The notes below the pieces were generated by a model. It saw only the letters and a program-made list of their open reading frames with translations. It was not told the origin of the DNA and did not search any database. Shown here piece by piece: positions 10,160 to 20,704 of a stretch of 64,000 nt of DNA. Made by a program: the position numbers and the translations under genes. The stretch lies in the sequence record OQ845958.1. One strand, given 5' to 3'. How positions within the stretch are numbered: the stretch's first letter is position 1; every line of letters starts with the position of its first letter. The stretch is from Escherichia phage pEC-M719-6WT.2.

Positions 10160-10351
10160 ATGGATAAGGTTAAAGTACATTTTTTGCATGAATCTGGCAT
10201 GACATTTATTGAAATCGCCAAGGTATTAGGCGGGACTGCTAAAGAGATGGCAAAGGCCTGGGTTGATGTAGAACAAGCCAAAGCTAAATTTAAAGCGAAA
10301 GAAAAGATTGTTTATCGTAAACGTTTGAATAACAAAAAGGTGAAGAAATGA
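10160..10351 (+). CDS. Hypothetical small basic protein (24.3 position)
   Basis: Track ORF 10148-10351; second ATG 10160 chosen; lysine-rich C-terminus. Confidence 0.45.
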   Translation: MDKVKVHFLHESGMTFIEIAKVLGGTAKEMAKAWVDVEQAKAKFKAKEKIVYRKRLNNKKVKK

Positions 10352-10611
10352 CATTCGCAGAAGAACTACGCCAAATAGCCAAAGAGTCACAAGATAAAGT
10401 TGCAAATGACTTTATTTCTATATTTCGCAAAGTGGCTATTGCCGCCGCCGAGAACGGCAAAGATGCTGTTAATATGGCAGTTTCTGAAAAAGAGTATGAA
10501 GAAGGAAACCGCGCAAAGATATCTGAATTTCTGCGAGCAGAAAAATTTACATCTTTTACCTGGAATTATGATTGGCAAGAATCCAAGCCAATGCTGTATG
10601 TAAAATTCTGA
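10348..10611 (+). CDS. Hypothetical protein (24.2 position)
   Basis: 87 aa ORF with ATGA overlap with the upstream ORF. Confidence 0.45.
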   Translation: MTFAEELRQIAKESQDKVANDFISIFRKVAIAAAENGKDAVNMAVSEKEYEEGNRAKISEFLRAEKFTSFTWNYDWQESKPMLYVKF

Positions 10612-10618
10612 CCCTTTT

Positions 10619-10655
10619 TGCTTCAAATAAAAATGCGGTATAATGGTTCTAGACC
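10619..10655 (+). promoter_or_regulatory. MotA-box middle-promoter cassette (TGCTTCA-N13-TATAAT-GGTTCTAGACC)
   Basis: TGCTTCA 10619-10625, TATAAT 10639-10644, conserved GGTTCTAGACC downstream; upstream of rnlB. Confidence 0.55.
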
Positions 10656-10741
10656 CTTTGTGACTATTAATTCCTTTCAAAGAAAGAAAGTATAGCGGGT
10701 CTAATTTATAATGATATTTATAACATCAAAAGTGAGAGATT

Positions 10742-11749
10742 ATGTTTAAGAAATACAACAGCCTTGAAAATCACTATAATAACAAGTTCATTGAAAAGAT
10801 TCGCCTGCAAGGCTTCACCAGCGGTGAATGGGTAGCTCGTGAGAAAATTCATGGTACCAACTTTTCATTAATCATTGAACAAGACAATGTGACATGCGCG
10901 AAACGCACTGGACCTATTCTACCTGCAGAAGATTTCTATGGTTATGAAATTGTATTAAAGAACTACGCAGATTCTATTAAATCTGTGCAGAAACTTTTGC
11001 AGGATATTAATTACCAGGCTTACCAGATTTATGGCGAGTTTGCTGGTACAGGTATTCAGAAGAATGTGGATTACGGCGATAAAGATTTCTATGTGTTTGA
11101 TATCCGCGTTACTAAGGAAGATGGCTCTGAATCCGTCCTGACTGACACACTTATGGAAGCCTTTTGTATTATTCATAAGTTTAAAGTTGCCCCACGCCTG
11201 GCCACAGGTAGCTTTGAAGACTTGATTAAGCTCCCTAATGACCTGGATTCTGTGGTCCCTGATTACAATTTTACAGTGGATAACGCAGGATTGACTACAG
11301 CAAATACCACTGATTTTGATGCAAAGGTGGAAGGTAAAGTATTCACTGCTGAAGGATTTGTATTAAAACCTGATGTTCCTGCATGGTTACCTAACGGTGA
11401 GCGCGTAGCGATTAAATGCAAGAACTCTAAATTCAGTGAAAAGAAAAAGTCTGATAAGCCTATTAAAGCTGCAGTTGTGTTGTCACAGGAAGACCTGGAT
11501 GTTTTATGGAAGTTCACTGATTATGTGACTGTTAACCGCATCAATAATGTTATCAGTAAGATTGGGGAAGTATCGCCGAAGGATTTTGGGAAGGTAATGG
11601 GTTTGACTGTCCAGGATATCCTGGAAGAAGCGGGTCGTGAAGGCCTTGAATTAACCCAGACGGAAAATCCTGTTGAAGTTAAAAAGCAACTTATCGCAAA
11701 TGTAAGAGAAACATTAAGACATGTTTGGATTGCATTAATTAGTGAATAA
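10742..11749 (+). CDS. rnlB: RNA ligase 2 (Rnl2)
   Basis: 335 aa; very strong match to T4 Rnl2 ([32 protein letters not shown]). Confidence 0.95.
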   Translation: MFKKYNSLENHYNNKFIEKIRLQGFTSGEWVAREKIHGTNFSLIIEQDNVTCAKRTGPILPAEDFYGYEIVLKNYADSIKSVQKLLQDINYQAYQIYGEFAGTGIQKNVDYGDKDFYVFDIRVTKEDGSESVLTDTLMEAFCIIHKFKVAPRLATGSFEDLIKLPNDLDSVVPDYNFTVDNAGLTTANTTDFDAKVEGKVFTAEGFVLKPDVPAWLPNGERVAIKCKNSKFSEKKKSDKPIKAAVVLSQEDLDVLWKFTDYVTVNRINNVISKIGEVSPKDFGKVMGLTVQDILEEAGREGLELTQTENPVEVKKQLIANVRETLRHVWIALISE

Positions 11750-11778
11750 AAAAGGGCCACAAGGCCCTTATTCTTTTT
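11748..11778. terminator. Bidirectional hairpin terminator (GGGCC...GGCCC)
   Basis: AAAAAGGGCCacaaGGCCCTTATTCTTTTT between convergent rnlB and the 24 paralog. Confidence 0.7.
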
Positions 11779-13051
11779 CCAGCGGTGGAAGTTTAACACC
11801 AAGATAAGAACTCAATTGACTTTGGTTAGCCATCTTATCCATATCAGCTCCATCAATAAGGCGAGCTTCTTTATCATCTTTAGCAACGGTGTAAGGGTTT
11901 GCAGTCAAAGCATAACGAGCTAACAGTGCAACCGTAGGCTGTAAGCTTTCAGGGTCAACAATAACCTTGAATTCCCCAACCGAGGTATCACCCTCATCAT
12001 CAACTTCGCTAAGCCCTTCCGTATAAGGCGCATAATACAAAGATGCGACCGTCTGACCCTCGCCCATATCCGCATTTACACCAACAATAACATAATCGCA
12101 TGGACTATTCATATCTGCATAAAGAGGCAAACCGTTCTTCAGAACACCATAGGCCAATTCATCCTGGTCTTCCTTTTTCTCAACCCAACCAGAAGCGGCT
12201 AAAATAGCTGCACAACGGGAAGAAGCAACCGCATATGTACCAGCAAATGAAGTCTGACGTTGAACTGCAGAATTCATTTCACACATATAATAATACAGGG
12301 TTCGCGCGCGGTCCTGTGCGTTATCATATTTCGGGTCAGTGAGATTCAACACGCCTTTTTCAGAAACACCTTGTACCTTGAAGCGGGAACTAACAGTAAT
12401 AAGGGATTGCAATACATCCTTATTAATTTCCTCCGCCATTTGAATACCGAGAATATTATCGATGAAGTCTGTTGCATCGAAACCGTTTGCTTCCAGGTCC
12501 TGGGCAAGCTCGACAGTTAAAGAAGTTTTCAACTTTCTGGATTTAACTTCAGTCTGCCATTTATCGATACGGAACCCAGCTTCAGCAATTTCAGGATGCC
12601 CCTTTTCAAATTTATCAGTGAAAGCAGCATCTGACATCATTCTTATATGTCCAGCAGCAATGGCTTCAGAAATAACTTCACCTAAATCAGTTTCGAGTGT
12701 CCCGGCGAATGGTGATGCTTCCAGAACTTTGAATACAACGCTTTCAAACTGAAACATATCGCCGACTGCATAAGCTTCGTCTTTGTTTGTAAATTCTGGA
12801 ATATTCTTACGCTCGAACATACCAATCTGACCTGCAAATGTTGCTCCACCGAGATAAGTCATTTTATCATCTGGGTTCAGAACACGAACACCATACAGGG
12901 CTGCAACAGGCTGGGTAGTTTTCTGTTCGGCCACGAGCGCTTTAAAAATTCGTTTATTCGTAGCCTGAGTATAAGAAAGCAAATTAGGACGGGCGACCTG
13001 GTTGGCCGCCGTTAATGTTGATTCGTGAATTAGTGCATTAATCTTTTGCAT
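11768..13051 (-). CDS. Head vertex protein gp24 paralog (second, diverged copy)
   Basis: 427 aa; alignable with the adjacent gp24 along its length (TNQPVAALYGV, KSRKLKT.LTVELAQDLEANGF, NPYTVAKDDKEAR); in tandem. Confidence 0.85.
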   Translation of the reverse strand: MQKINALIHESTLTAANQVARPNLLSYTQATNKRIFKALVAEQKTTQPVAALYGVRVLNPDDKMTYLGGATFAGQIGMFERKNIPEFTNKDEAYAVGDMFQFESVVFKVLEASPFAGTLETDLGEVISEAIAAGHIRMMSDAAFTDKFEKGHPEIAEAGFRIDKWQTEVKSRKLKTSLTVELAQDLEANGFDATDFIDNILGIQMAEEINKDVLQSLITVSSRFKVQGVSEKGVLNLTDPKYDNAQDRARTLYYYMCEMNSAVQRQTSFAGTYAVASSRCAAILAASGWVEKKEDQDELAYGVLKNGLPLYADMNSPCDYVIVGVNADMGEGQTVASLYYAPYTEGLSEVDDEGDTSVGEFKVIVDPESLQPTVALLARYALTANPYTVAKDDKEARLIDGADMDKMANQSQLSSYLGVKLPPLEKE

Positions 13052-14332
13052 TTACGCCTCATAAATGATTGGCGGAAGTTTAACACCGAGCAGATAAGAC
13101 ATATTGCTCTGACCGGCCATTAAATCCATATTGGTTGCATCGATAATACGAGCTTCTTTATCGTCTTTAGCAACGGTGTACGGGTTAGCTGAAAGTGCGT
13201 AACGAACCATCAGAGAGATAGATGGCTGCAAGCTGTCTGGGTCCACAATGACCTTAAACGCACCAACGTGCTCTTCATCATCCAAGTCCAGGCCTTCGGT
13301 ATAAGGAGCATAGAAAATTGAGCCTACGACTTCGTTTCCGCCGTAATTTTCTTTAACACCAACAGTTACATAATCCAATGGACTGTTAACATCACAGAAT
13401 ACAGGGAGGCCATTAATCAAATAACCGTACGCTGTTTCGGGGAGCCACTGTTCGTCTTCTGGCCTGTGTTTCAACCAACCAGAACCGGCCAACATAGCAG
13501 CAACACGGCTAGAGGCAACAACAAAGGTACCGGAATAAGATGTAGTTTTCTGAATTTCGGAGTTCATTTCGCAAACCAGTTCGTACAGTTTACGTGCACC
13601 TTCTGGGGCTGCATCGTATGTTAAATCGATGGTGCCATTGTCAGAAACGCCAGTTACTTTATAACGCTTGGAAACGGTAATAAGAGACTGAAGAACATCT
13701 TTGTTAATTTCATCTGCCATAATAGTGGCAAGCAGGTCTTCTAAGAAAGCAGGAGCATTAAAACCATTTGCTTCCATATCCTGGGCAAGTTCAACAGTTA
13801 ATGCAGTTTTCAATTTACGTGTTTTAACCGGAGCATTCCATTTGTTAACCTGGAATACAGCATTGCTAATTTCAACATCACCGGCTTCGAATTTTTCAGT
13901 GTGTGCGGCATCAGGAACAAGGCGAATAGTCGATGCAATAAGACCTTCTTGCAGAACATCAGATAACACTGTTTCTGTGGTCGATGCAAATGGATTATCA
14001 ACCAGAGCTTTGTAAACGATATTTTGGTATTTTACATATTCGCCTTTAGCCACAGGCTGAGTGGCTGTAGTTAATTCTGGAATAGTTGTGCGGTCTTTAG
14101 AACCGACTTCGCCTCCATAAGTAGCGCCCGTCTGGAAACTGAATTCATTATCAGGAGTAAGATATTTAACACCATACAGTGCAGCAACAGGTTGGTTAGT
14201 ACGTTGTTCAGCGATGATATCGCGGTAAATCAATTTAGTCGTAGCGCGGGTCAAAGCAACAAGATTCGGGCGGCCCAAGGAGTTGCTGGTAGTAATAGTT
14301 GACTCGCGCAGTAATTTGTTAATCTTTGCCAT
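13052..14332 (-). CDS. 24: Head vertex protein gp24
   Basis: 426 aa; strong match to T4 gp24 N-terminus (MAKINKLLRESTITTSNSLGRPNLVALTRATTKLIY). Confidence 0.95.
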   Translation of the reverse strand: MAKINKLLRESTITTSNSLGRPNLVALTRATTKLIYRDIIAEQRTNQPVAALYGVKYLTPDNEFSFQTGATYGGEVGSKDRTTIPELTTATQPVAKGEYVKYQNIVYKALVDNPFASTTETVLSDVLQEGLIASTIRLVPDAAHTEKFEAGDVEISNAVFQVNKWNAPVKTRKLKTALTVELAQDMEANGFNAPAFLEDLLATIMADEINKDVLQSLITVSKRYKVTGVSDNGTIDLTYDAAPEGARKLYELVCEMNSEIQKTTSYSGTFVVASSRVAAMLAGSGWLKHRPEDEQWLPETAYGYLINGLPVFCDVNSPLDYVTVGVKENYGGNEVVGSIFYAPYTEGLDLDDEEHVGAFKVIVDPDSLQPSISLMVRYALSANPYTVAKDDKEARIIDATNMDLMAGQSNMSYLLGVKLPPIIYEA

Positions 14333-14358
14333 TTGCGCTTTCCTTTTGTGATATACTT

Positions 14359-14366
14359 TATTTATA
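14359..14366 (-). promoter_or_regulatory. Late promoter (TATAAATA) for gene 24
   Basis: Plus-strand TATTTATA about 27 nt upstream of the gp24 start. Confidence 0.55.
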
Positions 14367-14372
14367 AAAGTT

Positions 14373-14402
14373 GTTTACAACCAGATTAAGATAAGACATA
14401 AT
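14373..14402 (+). promoter_or_regulatory. Early-type promoter (GTTTAC-N18-CATAAT) with conserved leader CCATACTGAGTTA
   Basis: GTTTAC 14373-14378, CATAAT 14397-14402; the same leader recurs at about 52551 and 53597. Confidence 0.5.
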
Positions 14403-14443
14403 GATTCCATACTGAGTTAACAAACAAAACCTGGAGTTTAAAA

Positions 14444-14725
14444 ATGAACAAAGCAACTTTCCTTCTGAACACCTTTAAAAAATTGGAAATTGAAGTTATT
14501 GCATTGGTCAACAAATACCCAAATGGTGTTAATGGTAATGCTCTGAACAAACTAGTTAAAAAATATGAAAACTTAGCATATGACACTGATTTCTGGTGGA
14601 ATGGTAATTATTCTACTCACACTAAAGATAAAAATGGTAACTGGTTGAAACTTCAAGAAAACAATGTTAACTTCAGAGACCTCATCAAGCGCCGGGTAGA
14701 AGTTCATTTAAATGGTATGGTATGA
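14444..14725 (+). CDS. Hypothetical protein encoded opposite to the late genes, between 23 and 24
   Basis: 93 aa ORF with GGAG RBS, own early-type promoter and own terminator; occupies the position of segD in T4 but has no endonuclease motifs. Confidence 0.5.
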   Translation: MNKATFLLNTFKKLEIEVIALVNKYPNGVNGNALNKLVKKYENLAYDTDFWWNGNYSTHTKDKNGNWLKLQENNVNFRDLIKRRVEVHLNGMV

Positions 14726-14732
14726 AAACAAG

Positions 14733-14760
14733 AAAGGGACCTCAAGGGTCCCTTTTTATT
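14733..14760. terminator. Bidirectional hairpin terminator (GGGACC...GGGTCCC)
   Basis: AGAAAGGGACCtcaaGGGTCCCTTTTTATT between the plus-strand ORF and the 3' end of gene 23. Confidence 0.7.
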
Positions 14761-14775
14761 TAACTTAATCTAGGA

Positions 14776-16335
14776 TTAAATTCCTTTAACATATACGCGG
14801 CGGAAGTAACCGTTCAAGCCGAGGCTGTTAACGATGTCCGGCATGCCATTCTGGATGCGCTTGGCCGGAGCCTGAGCTACCGGGTCAGCGAACGGGTTAA
14901 TACCGATACCGTAACGGGTTTTGAAGCCCATAACCGGCTGGAAGTTTTTCGGGTCAGAGCCACGCAGCGGGGTCAGTGCAACATATGGTGCGTAGTAGAT
15001 ACCAGCATCCATTTCGTTAGCGCCTTTGTAACCGATGGTGAAATAGTCTGCACGAGCATACTGGTCGATGTATACACGGTATTTGCCACCCAGAACACCA
15101 GCGAACACAGCTTTAGTGGTGTCAACGTTGAAACCTTTACCCAGACCCTGAGCAGCATAAGATACGGAGGTATCAACTGCAGCCAGTACGTTAACTACGT
15201 TACGGGAAGCGATGATGAAGTTACCTGCACCACGGCCAGTCTGACGAGCGATTTCAGCGGCTTCTTTATCAATCTGGAACAGTAAAGCTTTGAAGCTTTC
15301 ACCAGCCCAACGAGCGCCACGGATATCAATCGGGTCCTGGAAGTCAAACACACCAGCTTTAGCGCCAACGGTGTTGGTCATACCAGATTTACCAACCTGT
15401 GCGGAGTAGTTAATCCAATCGATAACTTCGCGGTTGATTTCCAGCATAATTTCGGTAGCCAGAATACCACTCAATTCGGCATCAGCATCCATACCATGAA
15501 CAGCGCGCAGGTCCTGTGCCAGTTCGATGGAGTAACTTGCTTTCAGCTGGCGGGATTTAGCTTCGATAACTTGTTTATCGATACGGAAGCCCATTTCGTT
15601 CCACGGGTTATCAGTAGAACCGTTGAAGCCTTCCTGCAATTCGGCGATAGAGGTAGCCATACCTTCAGCGATTTCGGCCAGCTTACCAGCTTCGAGCAGT
15701 TTGGTAACTTCGGCGTCAAGTTTAGCGGCATCAGTAGCAGCAGCATCAACGGTTACAGCTTCAACAGCCTGGAAGTGCGCGGCACCGGTTGCTTCGAAGA
15801 AGTGAGAATAAATTTTACCAACGGTAAGAACTTTGCTTGCAGCCAGAGCTTCGAAAGCCTCAGCAGCGCCCTGACCAGAGAACATAGCATTTGGAGCATA
15901 CATCGGGTGGAAAGCTTCTTTAGCACCTGCAGCTACAGGGTCTTTACCGTAAACTGCACGCAGGGCAAATACCTGGCCAGTCGGGTTGTTCAGAGGCTGT
16001 ACGCCACAAATATCAAACGCAATCAGATGCGGGATAGCACGACGAACCATGCCCATAACTGCCGGCCCAATCTGAGTTACTGCACCAGAGGTCTGGCCAG
16101 CAGCGATATTGGTAGCATCATAACCATGGTCACCACCGATTTCAGCTTCGGTCAGGAAAGAACCAAATGCTTCGGAGATTTTTTCGTCACGGTATTCAGG
16201 AGCGGTCAGAATATCTTGTTCCTGGTTTTCAAAGATTTTAGCGATGATAGCTTGTTTGGAAGCACCAACGATTTCCGGAAGAGCTTCGTTTTCCAGCAGA
16301 GCGGACCATTTTTGAACTAATGCATTCTTTTTCAT
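14776..16335 (-). CDS. 23: Major capsid protein gp23
   Basis: 519 aa; near-identical to T4 gp23 over long stretches (IGPAVMGMVRRAIP, FRRVYVKGI C-terminus). Confidence 0.97.
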   Translation of the reverse strand: MKKNALVQKWSALLENEALPEIVGASKQAIIAKIFENQEQDILTAPEYRDEKISEAFGSFLTEAEIGGDHGYDATNIAAGQTSGAVTQIGPAVMGMVRRAIPHLIAFDICGVQPLNNPTGQVFALRAVYGKDPVAAGAKEAFHPMYAPNAMFSGQGAAEAFEALAASKVLTVGKIYSHFFEATGAAHFQAVEAVTVDAAATDAAKLDAEVTKLLEAGKLAEIAEGMATSIAELQEGFNGSTDNPWNEMGFRIDKQVIEAKSRQLKASYSIELAQDLRAVHGMDADAELSGILATEIMLEINREVIDWINYSAQVGKSGMTNTVGAKAGVFDFQDPIDIRGARWAGESFKALLFQIDKEAAEIARQTGRGAGNFIIASRNVVNVLAAVDTSVSYAAQGLGKGFNVDTTKAVFAGVLGGKYRVYIDQYARADYFTIGYKGANEMDAGIYYAPYVALTPLRGSDPKNFQPVMGFKTRYGIGINPFADPVAQAPAKRIQNGMPDIVNSLGLNGYFRRVYVKGI

Positions 16336-16356
16336 GTGTTGTATAACCTTATTAAA

Positions 16357-17175
16357 TTAAGAAATTCGTGATGCTGCGAGAGCAGACAAGTCCGCGAAGG
16401 ACAGGGTAGGCTTGGCGCCTTTTTCTTCAACTGCTTCTGAAATGTAATTCAGTGCCGCAGCATCGTCTACATTTTTATTTATAGCGGCTTCGGTGATTGG
16501 TTTGCCGGTGGGTTCTACCTGACCTTTAACCATTTCAACGATAGCGCCAATTTTGGTACCGAATGCATCAGAGTATTCCATGCCTTCTACCAGAGAACCA
16601 ACTTTTTCTTTTTGAGATTCAGTCAGGTCTTTAGTCGCTTCAGTCAACGCAACTTCACGTTGGACATAATTGATATAAGCATCACGCTTAGCAACTTCTT
16701 CGAACAGATTAGCGGTTTCTTCTTTCTGTTCAGCCAGTTCTTCCTGCATTTCTGCAACAACATCGACAGATTCTTCTGGAACAACAACGTTGTGCTCAAC
16801 GAACAGTTCTTTCATGCCGGTGAACATGGATTCGAACAGGTCAGCTTTAATGCCACGGTCGACAGCCAGTTTATTTTCAGCGAGCCATTCTTTAGCAACG
16901 TGGTCCAGGAATTTAGCTGCAGATTCTTTCAGTTTTTTCTCTGCTTTTTCGTCGGCTTCTTCTTTATTCTTTTCGACTTCTTCTTCAGCTTTTTCAGCGA
17001 TGGCGTGAATGTGAGATTCTGCCAGTTTGATGGCGTGTTGCTTGACGGTAGCTTCGAATACAGTGCCGAAGGTAGCTTTCGCTTCCGGGGACAAATTAAC
17101 TGATTCGAAAATACTATCGAGAGCAACGGAAGCATCGATATTCTGAGCTTCAGAAATGAGTTGTTCTTTAAGCAT
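16357..17175 (-). CDS. 22: Prohead scaffolding core protein gp22
   Basis: 272 aa acidic coiled-coil protein between 21 and 23; T4 gp22 about 269 aa. Confidence 0.9.
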   Translation of the reverse strand: MLKEQLISEAQNIDASVALDSIFESVNLSPEAKATFGTVFEATVKQHAIKLAESHIHAIAEKAEEEVEKNKEEADEKAEKKLKESAAKFLDHVAKEWLAENKLAVDRGIKADLFESMFTGMKELFVEHNVVVPEESVDVVAEMQEELAEQKEETANLFEEVAKRDAYINYVQREVALTEATKDLTESQKEKVGSLVEGMEYSDAFGTKIGAIVEMVKGQVEPTGKPITEAAINKNVDDAAALNYISEAVEEKGAKPTLSFADLSALAASRIS

Positions 17176-17204
17176 TTTGTAGTCCTGTTGTTAAGATATA
17201 CATT

Positions 17205-17212
17205 TATTTATA
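17205..17212 (-). promoter_or_regulatory. Late promoter (TATAAATA) for gene 22
   Basis: Plus-strand TATTTATA 30 nt upstream of the gp22 ATG. Confidence 0.55.
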
Positions 17213-17846
17213 ACGTCTTTAAAGCCTCTGCGAGAGCCATAAAGGCGTCATCGGCACTGGTATCGGCAACTGCCGTTTGTGATTCTGTAATCTGCTTTGG
17301 TTTGACCCAAGCGTCCGGAGCACTTGGCCCCCATACTGCATCTACTCCAACCGTCAATTTAAAACCTTCATTAACGATGCTATAACCTTTTGCTGATTTA
17401 GTCAAGGAACCAAGTCCACGACTAGATACACCTGGAATCCAACCTGCTCTTATATTTGCAGCAAGTTTATCACCTGGGCCATGGTCGCCTTCGATAATAC
17501 GTGCGCGGCCATATACATCATTACCTTTCCACCACATATCTTCAATAATAATAGCGGCTTGCATAGGGTCGACGTTAGCACGGGGCGGATGATTTAATTC
17601 TCCTAAAGCTTGTTTAGTAGCAACCTGTTCTGTCATATAATCAGCAACGGCTTTTTCCAAAATATGTTTAGGATAAAGTCGTTTATTACGGTTAACAACT
17701 TCAGCTTGTAGGAAAATACCTTCAATATAAAGTCCTGGCTTTAAACCGCTGCTGGAACCGTCATGAGATTCCAACATCGGTACACCATCTTTAATTTCGC
17801 CCGGTTGACCCCAGTGTTCAATTAGTAACTCTGGTTTCTGTTCCAT
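17208..17846 (-). CDS. 21: Prohead protease gp21
   Basis: 212 aa; strong match to T4 gp21 (GELNHPPRANVDPMQAAIIIEDMWWKGNDVYGRAR). Confidence 0.95.
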   Translation of the reverse strand: MEQKPELLIEHWGQPGEIKDGVPMLESHDGSSSGLKPGLYIEGIFLQAEVVNRNKRLYPKHILEKAVADYMTEQVATKQALGELNHPPRANVDPMQAAIIIEDMWWKGNDVYGRARIIEGDHGPGDKLAANIRAGWIPGVSSRGLGSLTKSAKGYSIVNEGFKLTVGVDAVWGPSAPDAWVKPKQITESQTAVADTSADDAFMALAEALKTL

Positions 17847-18274
17847 TAATCAAGTCCGAATGCTTTACGCTTAGCTCGAGCTTTTTTGCGCTTGCGCTCT
17901 GCTCTGATTTGCGTAGATGGGTTTGCTCTTTTTGTTTTAGTAGCCAGACGGGCAATTTGACGACGTTTAGCTTTAGAAAGACCAGTTGTTTGGAAAGCAT
18001 TACGCTTACGAGTAGCTAGGTCTTTTGTGCGGGTTAACTCACCGCGAGACGATACATGTTTAACGATAAATTCGTTAAGCTGAACACCTTCATTCAGCGC
18101 GCCGATAACCGTTGCTTTTTCATATTCACCGGCTGCAAACATGTTTTCTACAATAATATTTATATCGTCTTTTTCTAAGGCTTCAGATAATGAATCAAAT
18201 TGTCCCTGAGCTTCTTCGGAAACACTTTCAATGTTTTCAAGAGTTAATTCGTAATCATCAGGGATAATAAACAT
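17846..18274 (-). CDS. 68: Prohead core protein gp68
   Basis: 142 aa with basic C-terminus; position between 67 and 21. Confidence 0.8.
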   Translation of the reverse strand: MFIIPDDYELTLENIESVSEEAQGQFDSLSEALEKDDINIIVENMFAAGEYEKATVIGALNEGVQLNEFIVKHVSSRGELTRTKDLATRKRNAFQTTGLSKAKRRQIARLATKTKRANPSTQIRAERKRKKARAKRKAFGLD

Positions 18275-18522
18275 TATTCATCGTCCTCATCTTCATCATC
18301 GTCGCCTTCGTCAGCGTCATCAGATTCTTTTTTGTCTTTCTTTTCTGCTTTACCGTCTTCATCATCTTCTTTAGGCTCTTCGCCTTCAATCATGATGGAA
18401 CGTGCAATTTCAATCTTACGTTCTTCAATCAAACTACCGCATACTGGGCCAATGTTTTCAGCAAAATATTTGCGAACGGCTACGAGGTCGTTTGATTTAA
18501 TGGCTTCAAATAAATCATCCAT
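18274..18522 (-). CDS. 67: Prohead core protein gp67
   Basis: 82 aa with highly acidic C-terminal tail; position after gene 20. Confidence 0.8.
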   Translation of the reverse strand: MDDLFEAIKSNDLVAVRKYFAENIGPVCGSLIEERKIEIARSIMIEGEEPKEDDEDGKAEKKDKKESDDADEGDDDEDEDDE

Positions 18523-20096
18523 TAGAAATCCTCTTCTTCTTCTTCAGGGTTTTGGAAACGAGCCTCTTTGGACTCCAATTCAATTTGCTTAGCTTCTTGA
18601 TTAATTTCTTCATCAGACATCTGGAGGAAGTCCTTCATAGCCGTTTGATGCGAAATATATTTACCGATAAACGGTTCAGCCATCGTTAGCATATTGATTC
18701 TGCGTTCCATGATTTCTGCGTCTTTCATTTCGGTGAAATAGCTATCACGGTTGAACGTAACTTTAATATTATTTAGTTCCTTTTCCCATTCCTCTTCTGA
18801 AATAATTTTTTTCAGGATAAGGTTGGTTTTAAGCGGGTCGAGGAAAACTTCTTCAAATTTATTCTGTAGCTGCCTAATCCATTTAGAGAAATTCAATTCA
18901 TCGCGAGTAATTGTCGCGCCCGCATCAAACATAACGCCGCTGTTTTGGTCATTAGGGATACGAGATAATGGAATTCGGAGAGCCTGATATAGGTTGTTCT
19001 TAAACCAGCGAACATCGTCCATATCCGACATGCCTTGTGCACCCGGGAGTGTATCAACTTCGGTGACTGCTTTACCATCACGACGTTGCAACCAATAGTC
19101 TTCTGTCATTGACATGTTGTGCTGTTGGTTTTTGATTTTACCCGTGGTTGCATCATATACGACACGGTTTTTCATCGTATTCATAATATGTTGCATGTGT
19201 GCTGCTGCTTTACGAGACGGCATATTTCCGGTATCGATATAAAAGACTCGGCGGTCTGGTGCACGAGTTATACGATAAATGACTAAAGCATCTTCTAATA
19301 GTTTTAATTGGTTTGCAGGTTTAATTGCTCGTTGTAAGTATCCGATGATATTCTTACCACAGCAATCGAGTAATCCCGAATGCGCATATACAATCGCCGC
19401 ACGAGGAATTTTTATTTTAGTACCTGCTTCATATATACGACCATCGGCACAATAACTTTCATGACCAGTATCGTATACAAAATATTCTCTGTAACCGTCG
19501 ACAATTTTTGTACCATTTTCCATGCGTGTAACGATTTCACGGATGAACTGGATTTGTCTTGGGTCAAGGCGACGAAGTTCTTGGACCCCATCTTTAAGTT
19601 TTGCTGGGTTGATAATTTTGTGGAAGAAAATTCGAGAATCCACATACCAACGTTTAAAGTGGTCAGAACCTTTACGCTCGAAATTAAGGAGGTTATTAAC
19701 TTCCGCGAATTCTTCAAGGATTCGGTCTTTAATTTTCTGACTAAATTCGGTAGCATCAAGATTAAGAGCTACAACATCTTTACCGTCTTCAAAAACGATA
19801 GCATCAGACACAATTTCTTGCACCGCGTTATCAACTTCATAATTATTTAGTAAGTTGCGGTAGGTGTCAATTAATTCCCTGGTATTTTTTACTTCAGGTT
19901 CATTACTCCCGAACATCTGTTGCATCAATGCATTATACGGGACGTTTTGTTCTTGTGACTCAATTTCGCGAGCCCCATCGTCAAACTTCGGCCCGGTCAT
20001 TGACTCTAAATTATTTTTTTCTTGTTGCTTATATTCTTGTTCATCTTCTTTAGCCCAAGGCTTAAGAAAATTTAGTATTGTGTTAAAACCTGCCAT
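18522..20096 (-). CDS. 20: Portal vertex protein gp20
   Basis: 524 aa, same length as T4 gp20; conserved position upstream of 67/68/21. Confidence 0.95.
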   Translation of the reverse strand: MAGFNTILNFLKPWAKEDEQEYKQQEKNNLESMTGPKFDDGAREIESQEQNVPYNALMQQMFGSNEPEVKNTRELIDTYRNLLNNYEVDNAVQEIVSDAIVFEDGKDVVALNLDATEFSQKIKDRILEEFAEVNNLLNFERKGSDHFKRWYVDSRIFFHKIINPAKLKDGVQELRRLDPRQIQFIREIVTRMENGTKIVDGYREYFVYDTGHESYCADGRIYEAGTKIKIPRAAIVYAHSGLLDCCGKNIIGYLQRAIKPANQLKLLEDALVIYRITRAPDRRVFYIDTGNMPSRKAAAHMQHIMNTMKNRVVYDATTGKIKNQQHNMSMTEDYWLQRRDGKAVTEVDTLPGAQGMSDMDDVRWFKNNLYQALRIPLSRIPNDQNSGVMFDAGATITRDELNFSKWIRQLQNKFEEVFLDPLKTNLILKKIISEEEWEKELNNIKVTFNRDSYFTEMKDAEIMERRINMLTMAEPFIGKYISHQTAMKDFLQMSDEEINQEAKQIELESKEARFQNPEEEEEDF

Positions 20097-20144
20097 TAGA
20101 GTCTCCGAAGTTTGGGAAATGAGGCCGAAGCCTCATAATAACTT

Positions 20145-20152
20145 TATTTATA
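20145..20152 (-). promoter_or_regulatory. Late promoter (TATAAATA) for gene 20
   Basis: Plus-strand TATTTATA upstream of gp20; adjacent GAGGC..GCCTC hairpin after gene 19. Confidence 0.5.
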
Positions 20153-20153
20153 C

Positions 20154-20645
20154 TTATTCCCACCAGTCAATTGCGAACGTTGCTTCGAACGTTTCAATTT
20201 CGTTGTTACTGTCCCAATCCATCTGGACTTCCCCAACGTTGGTTGGCCACATGCCGGTAATAACAACTTCTTTCGTAACGGTCTTACCATCACGATGGAA
20301 CTGACGAACAGTAGCGGTTTTCTTATAATCAGCAGGAGCTGCACCGGTGATTTCGTTAGTCATACCGTGACACAGGTTTTGCCAATCAACAATTGCTTGA
20401 CGAACTTTATGAGCATCGTCGTTATAAATCGTAATAGTCCAGTCATCAAATGTACGGTCGCCCGCAACGTTGATTTTACGGTTCATGTAACCGACAGGAA
20501 CTTTTTCTACAATGCCAGCAGGCATCGGGGCTGCTTTACAATGGAAAGCAAAGTTTTTACCCAGGAATGGGATTTCGACTTCGAACAGGTTAGGGCGAGC
20601 AAAGTCGCCGGATTCGAAAGCGCGTGTGATATCGGTCAACTCCAT
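20154..20645 (-). CDS. 19: Tail tube protein gp19
   Basis: Matches T4 gp19 (TRAFESGDFARPNLF, VTKE..I.G.WPTNVGE.Q.DWDSNNEI); start set to internal ATG (MELTDI) with AAAGAGGA RBS. Confidence 0.95.
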   Translation of the reverse strand: MELTDITRAFESGDFARPNLFEVEIPFLGKNFAFHCKAAPMPAGIVEKVPVGYMNRKINVAGDRTFDDWTITIYNDDAHKVRQAIVDWQNLCHGMTNEITGAAPADYKKTATVRQFHRDGKTVTKEVVITGMWPTNVGEVQMDWDSNNEIETFEATFAIDWWE

Positions 20646-20696
20646 TAAGGAATCCTCTTTATAGACACAGGTCGCGCGAACGCGTCCCTGATGCAT

Positions 20697-20704
20697 GTAT
20701 TTAT
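20697..20704 (-). promoter_or_regulatory. Late promoter (TATAAATA) for gene 19
   Basis: Plus-strand TATTTATA about 50 nt upstream of the gp19 ATG. Confidence 0.5.

Noticed and set aside
15496-16320. 274 aa plus-strand ORF
   Set aside because: Antisense within the major capsid gene 23; Ser/Phe-rich composition; no RBS.
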